This document shows, piece after piece, positions 25,467-32,000 of a stretch of 32,000 nucleotides of DNA. Under the pieces are notes generated by a model. It was given only the letters and a program-made list of their open reading frames with translations, ran no database searches and was not told the origin of the DNA. Made by a program: the position numbers and the translations under genes. Every line of letters begins with the position of its first letter. Within the stretch, counting starts at the first letter, position 1. Source of the DNA: Halalkalibacterium halodurans (GTDB lineage Bacteria > Bacillota > Bacilli > Bacillales > Bacillaceae_D); contig NZ_SNUY01000004.1 of NCBI RefSeq assembly GCF_004376175.1, forward strand, positions 1 through 32,000, given 5' to 3'.

Positions 25467-26120
25467 TTAAAACCGATCATACTCAGAGATTCCATACTTT
25501 ATCGCAAAAAGGGCTGCCTGCGTCCGATCATGAACATCCAACTTCCAAAAAATATTTAATACATGGGTTTTCACCGTCTTTTCAGAAATGTGCAACTCGC
25601 TCGCAATTTCTTTGTTACTTTGCCCTTTGGCCAATTCTCGTAATACGTCTTTTTCTCGATTCGTTAAGTCTCTTAACCGCTTCTCTTCCTCAGACTCGTC
25701 CCCGTTCATCCTCGTCAGCACATGCTTGGTCACTTTCGGGTGTAAACGGCTCTCTCCTGAGCAAACGGCACGAATCGTTTCTGCAAGCATTTCCGGGTCT
25801 ACTTCCTTCAATTGATAACCATTTGCCCCTGCTTGCAGTGCAGGAATCACCGACTCTCTTTCTGCACTACTTGATAAAACGACAACATGTACAGTTGGCC
25901 ATTTTTGTTTAATTTTCTTCGTCGCTTCTATCCCATTTATTCCTGGCATGATGACGTCCATTAATACAATGTCAGGTTGGACTTTTTCAACTAAGGTAAG
26001 GGCTGCCTCACCATCTTCAGCTTCCCCTACAATGGTAAAATCGTGATAGGTTTCTAAAAAGTAGATCAACCCTTTGCGAACGACATGATGATCATCCACT
26101 ACTGCAATCCGAATACTCAT
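25467..26120 (-). CDS. NarL/FixJ-family response regulator (REC plus LuxR-type HTH)
   Basis: Shows IAVVDDH..., DIVLMDVIMPGINGIE and a C-terminal LTNREKDVLRELAKGQSNKEIASELHISEKTVKTHV. The start overlaps the kinase stop (ATGA). Confidence 0.9.
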   Translation of the reverse strand: MSIRIAVVDDHHVVRKGLIYFLETYHDFTIVGEAEDGEAALTLVEKVQPDIVLMDVIMPGINGIEATKKIKQKWPTVHVVVLSSSAERESVIPALQAGANGYQLKEVDPEMLAETIRAVCSGESRLHPKVTKHVLTRMNGDESEEEKRLRDLTNREKDVLRELAKGQSNKEIASELHISEKTVKTHVLNIFWKLDVHDRTQAALFAIKYGISEYDRF

Positions 26121-27553
26121 CCTTGCTCCTCCTCATCAAACGGGACATGAATGGAAATAACCGTTCCCTCACCCGGTTGAGAGCGAACATGTATCATTCC
26201 CCCTATTTGCTTCGCCCTCTCTTTCATATGTTTCATTCCGAATCCTTCTGCATTGGTTTCCTTTATTCCACAGCCATCATCCTGAATTGAAATAATCCCC
26301 GTCCCTCGATTCTTGTACATGTGTACGACAACGTTCGAAGGATTGGCATGCTTTTTACAGTTGTTTAACGCCTCTTGAACAATCGGAAATAGCGCAGCCT
26401 CTTTTGCCTTTGACCACCGGATTACTTCACAGCTTGAGAAAGAAACCGGCAGTTGAATTTGACCTGCATACGTTTCAATTGCGAAAATCAACCCTTTTTC
26501 AAGCCCGAGTGGTCGCAATTGCCAAATGAGATGACGCATCTCCACCATTGCTTCGGAAGAAAGCTGTTGAATCATCGCAAGCGGTTTTTTTAAAGTATCG
26601 TCCTTCGTCCGTTGCTCCCCTCCTTTAGCTGTTAGCCCGATCGAAAAAAGGAGTTGGTTAACCGAATCATGTAAATCTTGGGCGAGCCGTTGCCGCTCTT
26701 GGGAGATTAATACGTCCGTTGCCACCTCTTGTAATCGCTCTCTTTCGATGAATAATGCAAGATGATTCGCAATTCGCTCAATCAATTTTGCTTCTATCTT
26801 TGAAAATGATGGCGCGTATACCGTTAGACAAATCTTTGTATCACCCATCTGCTCATTAGTGGTTCGTGCTTTTTCATCGCTTTTCCCATAAAAGATCGTA
26901 GCCCCATTTGTTAGCGTAAGTGATAGTCCAGACCACGAGAAGTAATCGAGAAGGGATTGGGAGGTCTCCCTTTCAATTCCCTTTCTTCTACTTTTATTTA
27001 CGTAGGTAACCCATTGATTAAAATTTTCAAACAGATTCGCCCGGAGCTTTTCTTCTTCTAACAATTGAATCCGATGAACTGCCGCTCCCATTTGATAAGC
27101 AATCACTTCAAGAATCTCTAATTCTTCTTCTTGAAAATGAAATTTTTCAGAGGCCGCTACGTTCATCAAACCGTATGTTCGATCCCCAGCACGAATCGGG
27201 ATCGTCGCATGGTGAGTAATTTGCGCGGTCGATCCCCAGTTGTTGAGCTTAGCCCGTTCAAGACGACGACACTCTAAAATATTGACCGCCCCTTGTAGCT
27301 TGCCATGGTGTAAACGATCGACACACCAACAGCTTCCTTCGCACATGGGCCGAAACTGATCGTGAACGAGTCCTTCCGGTAAGTTTGAATGGGCCACTAA
27401 ATGTTGCTTCTCTCCTTCCACCATAAAGATCCAGCCAGTGTCAAGCCTCGTTAATTCTAACGTTTTCTCAAGCACACGCTGGAACATTCTTTGGAGATTT
27501 TCACCTTCGTGTAAGGTTTTCGAAAGTTCTTTTAAGATGTGAATCGATCTCAT
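26117..27553 (-). CDS. Cytoplasmic GAF-domain sensor histidine kinase (HisKA_3 / HATPase_c)
   Basis: No TM segment. GAF-like N-terminal half, H-box RLAQDLHDSVNQLLFS, and N/G boxes (..EALNNCKKHA.., ..IQDDGCGI.., GFGMKHMKERA). Confidence 0.85.
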   Translation of the reverse strand: MRSIHILKELSKTLHEGENLQRMFQRVLEKTLELTRLDTGWIFMVEGEKQHLVAHSNLPEGLVHDQFRPMCEGSCWCVDRLHHGKLQGAVNILECRRLERAKLNNWGSTAQITHHATIPIRAGDRTYGLMNVAASEKFHFQEEELEILEVIAYQMGAAVHRIQLLEEEKLRANLFENFNQWVTYVNKSRRKGIERETSQSLLDYFSWSGLSLTLTNGATIFYGKSDEKARTTNEQMGDTKICLTVYAPSFSKIEAKLIERIANHLALFIERERLQEVATDVLISQERQRLAQDLHDSVNQLLFSIGLTAKGGEQRTKDDTLKKPLAMIQQLSSEAMVEMRHLIWQLRPLGLEKGLIFAIETYAGQIQLPVSFSSCEVIRWSKAKEAALFPIVQEALNNCKKHANPSNVVVHMYKNRGTGIISIQDDGCGIKETNAEGFGMKHMKERAKQIGGMIHVRSQPGEGTVISIHVPFDEEEQG

Positions 27554-27692
27554 CCTCTGTCTCCATTTCAGCTTTTACATTCATTGTAAAAGGACACTCC
27601 CCCAGTTGTAAACTTTCTGGCCCATAAACGTCTTCACCTTTTTCCTATGTTCCCCATACCATACAGTAGCTTTGAATTGGAGGAAGGCGTTT

Positions 27693-28661
27693 ATGAAACG
27701 ATTCTGTTTACAAGGCATTGTCCTATTAACAGCGTTTTTATTAGCCATTTCTAGCTTTGTCCTTTTTGTCGTCCGAGATGATTATGAAACGGGACAACTT
27801 ATTCATAACGAAAAACCTAGTTGTTCGAAAAACGTGTTTATTTACCATACGGAAAAACAGGTGGAAATTACCAATGAAGAAAACGACGACCAAAAGGAGA
27901 ATGGCAACGGTGAAGAAGACGGAGTGCAGGAAGAGGAGCCTAGTGGAGAAAATGAAAATGGCGAGGAGAAGGAAGGGCAACGAGATGGTGACGACTTGCC
28001 CGAAATCGTATGGGGTGTTGATTCGGTGAATGTAACTGATTCCTCATTTCTTGATTGTGTCACGACAAACTTTGGCTCCCCTACCATTTGGGGGCGCTAT
28101 TTAGGCGATAAAGAAGATGTATCATACGGACTGACTCCAGAAGAAATTGAGCTGTTACATGATCATGACATTTCGATTCTCATTATTTACAACCAATTTA
28201 TCGATGCGACTGGATATGAAACAGGAGTAAACGAAGCGGAAGGAGCGCTAGCGTTTGCTGAGGAGCTAGGCATACCTGAAGGGGTTGCTATTTTTGCAAA
28301 CGTTGAGCCTGAATACCCTGTTGATGGTGCCTTTTTAGCTGGTTGGTACGATACGTTAACGGAAGCGAACTACCCGCCTGCTTTATACGGATTGTTTGAC
28401 GACGATAGCAATGTTACGATTGCACTCGAAGAAGCAAGAGAAGAAAACGAGACGATATTCGAAGAATTAATTTTATGGTCGAATCAACCACAAGTCGGTA
28501 TTACGTCAGAAGAAAATGCTCCTGATTCCTTCGACGTGAACGCTCCAGATGGCAGCCGCCCTCTCGGTTGGCAATACGGGCTTGAAGCGGATACGTGCAA
28601 CATTGATACGAACCTATTTGTTGGAGAAATGCTAAATTATACGTGGGGAAGCGCTGAATAA
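27693..28661 (+). CDS. Membrane-anchored DUF1906 (Rv2525c-like glycoside-hydrolase-fold) protein with an acidic low-complexity linker
   Basis: ATG 27693 with SD GGAGGAAGG. N-terminal TM segment (GIVLLTAFLLAISSFVLFVV), an E/D/N/G-rich linker, then WGVDS....WGRYLG....LTPEEIELLHDHDISILIIYNQ....GVAIFANVE, typical of DUF1906. Confidence 0.7.
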   Translation: MKRFCLQGIVLLTAFLLAISSFVLFVVRDDYETGQLIHNEKPSCSKNVFIYHTEKQVEITNEENDDQKENGNGEEDGVQEEEPSGENENGEEKEGQRDGDDLPEIVWGVDSVNVTDSSFLDCVTTNFGSPTIWGRYLGDKEDVSYGLTPEEIELLHDHDISILIIYNQFIDATGYETGVNEAEGALAFAEELGIPEGVAIFANVEPEYPVDGAFLAGWYDTLTEANYPPALYGLFDDDSNVTIALEEAREENETIFEELILWSNQPQVGITSEENAPDSFDVNAPDGSRPLGWQYGLEADTCNIDTNLFVGEMLNYTWGSAE

Positions 28662-28668
28662 CACGGTT

Positions 28669-28703
28669 AAAACCCCATGAAACGTATGATTTCATGGGGT
28701 TTG
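28669..28703. terminator. Bidirectional terminator between the DUF1906 gene and treP
   Basis: AAACCCCATGAAA and TTTCATGGGGTTT form a perfect 13-bp stem. Confidence 0.75.
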
Positions 28704-28709
28704 CTCTGC

Positions 28710-30122
28710 CTATGCAGCTTTGCGAATTCGAGCATATAGATACGTTAAGACAAGCGGTAAAATGAAGGCGATCACCATGCCGATAAAGAACACTCCCCAG
28801 AAGCCTGCCTGAATTGAGAAAATTCCAGGAAGCCCTCCTACACCAATTGAGTTCGCTAAAACGCCATTAACCGTAATGAACGCACCCCCAATGGCAGCAC
28901 TAATAATCGCGCAAACAAATGGGAACTTATAGCGAATGTTCACTCCAAACATGGCCGGCTCCGTAATGCCTAAATAGGCGGATACCGCGGATGAGAGGGA
29001 CAGTCCCTTGAGCTTCTCGTCACGGGTTGCAAACATCATGGCGAGAGCTGCGGACCCTTGTGCAATATTTGAAAGAACTAAAATCGGCCAGAGGAAGGTT
29101 CCACCGATCGTACCGATTAACTGTAAGTCAACCGCAAGGAACGTATGATGCATCCCAGTGACTACGAGGGGAGCATAAATGAGTCCATATAAGAAGCCGC
29201 CGACGAGGGGAACAGCTGCAAAGATCGATGTGAATACGTTTGTAATCCCATTCCCAATCGTAAAGGTGATTGGCCCAATCGCAGCAAAAGCAATAAATCC
29301 TGTAATAAGTAAGGCAACAGGTGCAACAACAAGCAATTGAATGGAATCAGGTACACGTTTACGCAAGAAGATTTCAATTTTTGCTAAGATCCAAGCCGAG
29401 AATAAAATCGGCAACACTTGGCCTTGATAACCAACTTGTTCAATCGTTAAGCCAAACAAATTCCATGTGGGAATCTCCCCTTCTAACTGTGCTTGCCCGT
29501 ACCCCCATGCGTTTAAAAGATCAGGGTGGACGAGCATGAGCCCGAGGACAATCCCTAGCAATTCACTCCCGCCAAACCGTTTGACGGCAGACCAACCGAT
29601 CAGACCAGGCAAGAAGACGAAGGCGGTGTTCGCGATTAAATTAATAATGCCAGCAAAATCTGCCCATTGGGGATGAATGTCAATGACAGAGGCACCGTCA
29701 TAAAAAATCCCTTCCGCCGTTAAAATATTGTTTATCCCCATAAGTAAACCAGCAGTTACAATGGCCGGTAATATCGGGATAAAAATATCAGCAAGCGTTT
29801 TCACAGCACGTTGAAAAACATTCGTATTTTTCGCTGCCGCATCTTTAACATCTTCTTTCGTTGCTTCGCCGATGCCAGTTTCAGCCACGAGTTCCTTATA
29901 CACTTTATCCACGGTCCCTTGACCGATGATCACTTGAAACTGACCGTTCGTGGAGAATGATCCCTTTACAATGTCAAGGCTTTCAAGTTTTTCTTGATCA
30001 ACTTTCCCCTCATCGCGAAGGACAAAACGAAGCCTTGTAACACAATGAGTAGCTGTCTGAATATTGTCCGCACCGCCAATGGCTTCGACAATTGCGTTCA
30101 CTTCTTTTTTATATTGAGCCAT
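28710..30122 (-). CDS. treP: PTS trehalose-specific EIIBC component
   Basis: 470 aa, near-collinear with B. subtilis TreP. Shows the EIIB motif ATHCVTRLRF, VKGSFSTNGQFQVIIGQGTV, TLADIFIPILPAIVTAGLLMGINNILTAEGIF, and ITGMHHTFLAVDLQLIG. Confidence 0.9.
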   Translation of the reverse strand: MAQYKKEVNAIVEAIGGADNIQTATHCVTRLRFVLRDEGKVDQEKLESLDIVKGSFSTNGQFQVIIGQGTVDKVYKELVAETGIGEATKEDVKDAAAKNTNVFQRAVKTLADIFIPILPAIVTAGLLMGINNILTAEGIFYDGASVIDIHPQWADFAGIINLIANTAFVFLPGLIGWSAVKRFGGSELLGIVLGLMLVHPDLLNAWGYGQAQLEGEIPTWNLFGLTIEQVGYQGQVLPILFSAWILAKIEIFLRKRVPDSIQLLVVAPVALLITGFIAFAAIGPITFTIGNGITNVFTSIFAAVPLVGGFLYGLIYAPLVVTGMHHTFLAVDLQLIGTIGGTFLWPILVLSNIAQGSAALAMMFATRDEKLKGLSLSSAVSAYLGITEPAMFGVNIRYKFPFVCAIISAAIGGAFITVNGVLANSIGVGGLPGIFSIQAGFWGVFFIGMVIAFILPLVLTYLYARIRKAA

Positions 30123-30135
30123 GGTGTTCTCCTCC

Positions 30136-30150
30136 TGTTATCGTTTTCAT
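30136..30150 (-). promoter_or_regulatory. Candidate catabolite-responsive element (cre) in the treP leader
   Basis: The minus strand ATGAAAACGATAACA fits WTGNAANCGNWNNCW at every constrained position. Confidence 0.55.
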
Positions 30151-30171
30151 GTTGCGTTTTCTTATTAAAAT

Positions 30172-30183
30172 TTGTATATACAA
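30172..30183. promoter_or_regulatory. TreR-type operator, promoter-distal copy (TTGTATATACAA)
   Basis: Perfect 12-bp palindrome downstream of the predicted -10. Its core is identical to the second copy at 30208-30221. Confidence 0.6.
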
Positions 30184-30200
30184 GTTCAACTGCTACTTGT

Positions 30201-30229
30201 ATTTTATCTTGTATATACAAGTTAGTCAA
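30201..30229 (-). promoter_or_regulatory. treP sigmaA promoter with an embedded TreR-type operator
   Basis: The minus strand reads TTGACT (rc of 30224-30229), a 17-nt spacer, then TAAAAT (rc of 30201-30206). The spacer contains the perfect 14-bp palindrome CTTGTATATACAAG (30208-30221). Confidence 0.6.
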
Positions 30230-30423
30230 TCCTTTTATGTCTGCTTCCTGTTATTTTCTACTTCTTCTCTCATTCTATAATCGAGACCTTCCCTTTGTAC
30301 GAATGATTTCTGTTACGTTAAACAAAAAAGGCATACACGGATGATAGAGATGAATCTCTACCGTTTCAGAATCGCGGAAATTTTTAACGATAAAGCTTTA
30401 CCGAAATTTAAGTTGTTTATAAA

Positions 30424-30459
30424 CAAAAAAGGTTAACCAGTGTTAAACCGGTCAACCTT
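30424..30459 (-). terminator. Rho-independent terminator after the 92-aa gene
   Basis: AAGGTTAACC pairs with GGTCAACCTT with one mismatch. An A-run at 30424-30430 gives a T-run on the minus strand. Confidence 0.55.
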
Positions 30460-30486
30460 ATCCATCACTTGATAAATCTTATTACT

Positions 30487-30765
30487 TCAGCTACTCGCTC
30501 GGAACCAGCGAATCAGTTGCTCCTTTTCTAATTCGGTAAACTGATAGTTAGGAGAATCACAGCCCTCTTCGTATAAAACAACTTGAAGTACGTCGCCACT
30601 TTCACTAAGGATGAGAAGGGCTTCTGGATCGATGATGTCTTCCGGCATCGCATCACATTGAAAAGAAACAACTACGTGCGTCCAGTGCTGAATCTCGTAC
30701 GTGCGGACAATCGCAAAGTTTGTTAAAGTTGCTTCTGTATAGCGTTCAAAATTTAAATCAATCAT
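30487..30765 (-). CDS. Small acidic hypothetical protein (92 aa)
   Basis: ATG with SD AAGGAG 8 nt upstream. That SD overlaps the stop codon of the upstream radical-SAM gene. Confidence 0.6.
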   Translation of the reverse strand: MIDLNFERYTEATLTNFAIVRTYEIQHWTHVVVSFQCDAMPEDIIDPEALLILSESGDVLQVVLYEEGCDSPNYQFTELEKEQLIRWFRASS

Positions 30766-30777
30766 TGTTAAACTCCT

Positions 30778-31590
30778 TTATGGCAAAAATCCTTCCTGGC
30801 TCAGTTTAACACGACTTTCGTCAAAATGGGCACAGAACTGCCGATGAACTTTTTCAAGCGCCGCTTCTTCATACCAAGTTTCATAACCGAGCTCAGTCAG
30901 TCTCTCCGGCATCCTGAGAGCTCGCGAACGCTTCCCATTAGCCCCGTCACCAAGCTCAAACGTATCGATACACACTTGGTCAGCAATCGAAACGTAGGAT
31001 TCAGCAAAACGATCACTTGATGGAAGGATTGGCGCGACTGTTAACTGAGTCGGTATCCCCGCTTGATATAGAGCATGGAGCGCTCGCTTTCTCCCTTGGA
31101 TTGGTGGTGCTTTCGGCGCAAATGCTTTCCGAACCGACTCTAAATCAGTTTCAATGGTCAGGCTCACGCGAACGCGCTTACCAAGCTGCTGCAGAATGTC
31201 TACATCTCTTGTTACAAGCGGACTACGTGTTTGAACAAACAAAAAGTCCGGCGGATTGTCTGCCATTACTTCTAACAACGAACGGGTTACCTTTTCCTCC
31301 ACTTCAACTGGCTGATATGGATCTGTGCTAGAAGACATGAAGAGATGGACTCGCCCTCTTTTCTTTGCTCGTACTAGCTCATTCGAAAAGGTTTCTTTTA
31401 CCCCTTGTTTTATATCAACCCAGTCCCCCCACTCACCTTTATGGAAAAGAGCGACCGGCATTTTTCTTACGTAACAATAGGAGCACGCGAACGTACAACC
31501 AACGTACGGATTTAACGAATAATCATAGCCTTGTAAAAAGCCAGATGTTTTCGTTAACCACGCTTTAGGTGTTCGGTAGGATCGATCCAT
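30778..31590 (-). CDS. Radical SAM protein, SPL/Rv2578c-like (COG1533-type)
   Basis: Shows the CTFACSYCY (CxxxCxxC) cluster motif near the N-terminus. 270 aa, with SD GAGGAGG. Confidence 0.8.
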   Translation of the reverse strand: MDRSYRTPKAWLTKTSGFLQGYDYSLNPYVGCTFACSYCYVRKMPVALFHKGEWGDWVDIKQGVKETFSNELVRAKKRGRVHLFMSSSTDPYQPVEVEEKVTRSLLEVMADNPPDFLFVQTRSPLVTRDVDILQQLGKRVRVSLTIETDLESVRKAFAPKAPPIQGRKRALHALYQAGIPTQLTVAPILPSSDRFAESYVSIADQVCIDTFELGDGANGKRSRALRMPERLTELGYETWYEEAALEKVHRQFCAHFDESRVKLSQEGFLP

Positions 31591-31691
31591 CGAATTCCTC
31601 CTCTATCCCCCATGTCAGGATCTTTTCCTATCATATCGTGTGAAGGCAAAGGCAGTAAAGAACAGATTAAGGTCCTGTTTGCTTTCACGAG

Positions 31692-31718
31692 CAAAAAAAG
31701 AACCCGGCATGTCGGGTT
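31692..31718 (-). terminator. Short hairpin plus T-run after the LacI-family gene
   Basis: AACCCG (31701-31706) pairs with CGGGTT (31713-31718). An A-run at 31693-31699 gives a T-run on the minus strand. The structure overlaps the stop codon. Confidence 0.5.
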
Positions 31719-32000
31719 ATGTTGCAATCGTTTCATTTTTCGTCGTTCCGCGTATGATCAGCTCTGGGGTATAGAGCACTTTCTCATTTGTTAGCGCTTT
31801 TGTTTCAATCGCTTCAAGCAGAAGATCGACAACCTTTCTCCCCATATCGGCCACGGGCTGAGCGACTGTCGTCAATGCAGGCACCGTCGTTGTTGCGAGA
31901 ATGGTATTATCGAAGCCAATGACAGATAGATCTTCAGGAATCCGAATGCCTAACTCTTTTGCACCATGAATAACACCGATCGCGATCAAATCGTTACAAG
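31717..32000 (-). CDS. LacI-family transcriptional regulator, C-terminal part; the gene continues beyond the right edge
   Basis: ..DLIAIGVIHGAKELGIRIPEDLSVIGFDN..TTV.QP...G is typical of the LacI/GalR periplasmic-binding-fold C-terminus. The frame is open to position 32000. Confidence 0.8.
   Translation of the reverse strand, partial: CNDLIAIGVIHGAKELGIRIPEDLSVIGFDNTILATTTVPALTTVAQPVADMGRKVVDLLLEAIETKALTNEKVLYTPELIIRGTTKNETIAT

Noticed and set aside
25457-25912. 151-aa plus-strand ORF
   Set aside because: It is antisense to the response-regulator gene and begins inside the intergenic hairpin.
27741-28087. Several 79-90-aa ORFs on both strands within the acidic-linker region of the DUF1906 gene
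   Set aside because: These are artefacts of the GAA/GAG-rich repeat-like sequence, which stays open in several frames. The DUF1906 frame is the only one with a start signal and domain similarity.
29994-30344. 116-aa plus-strand ORF across the treP 5' end and promoter
   Set aside because: It overlaps the treP start, the operators and the promoter. It has no SD and a low-complexity hydrophobic composition.

Overview
This looks like a chromosomal segment from a spore-forming, Bacillus-type Firmicute. Supporting signs are a T-box leader, a CotX-type coat protein, odhA/odhB, a treP promoter with TreR-type operators and a cre site, and Ku/LigD. I saw no rRNA, tRNA or CRISPR array. Left to right:
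- A partial ISLre2/UPF0236-type transposase at the window edge.
- Mn-catalase plus a CotX-family coat gene.
- An MBL-fold hydrolase.
- An aminotransferase-DUF1028 operon.
- An unannotated 35-aa Hol-Tox-like candidate type I toxin locus.
- A gene-poor, decayed stretch.
- A Trp T-box-controlled trpS paralog interrupted by a single in-frame TAG.
- DUF421 and DedA membrane proteins.
- odhB and odhA.
- ku and ligD, divergent.
- An SDR / QueA-paralog / VOC operon.
- A cytoplasmic GAF histidine kinase with a NarL-type regulator.
- A membrane-anchored DUF1906 protein.
- treP.
- A radical-SAM gene followed by a small acidic protein.
- A partial LacI-family regulator.

The best-supported unusual feature is a precisely delimited 3,790-bp ISL3-family element at 17461-21250. 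It has 24-nt imperfect terminal inverted repeats and a perfect 8-bp target duplication (TAAAAAAC). It carries merR-merA as cargo and sits in the ku/ligD divergent spacer, 23 nt upstream of the ligD start codon.

The most function-unknown candidate system is the translationally coupled SDR-QueA-like-VOC operon. All family assignments come from reading the translations and recognising motifs. No database search was run.
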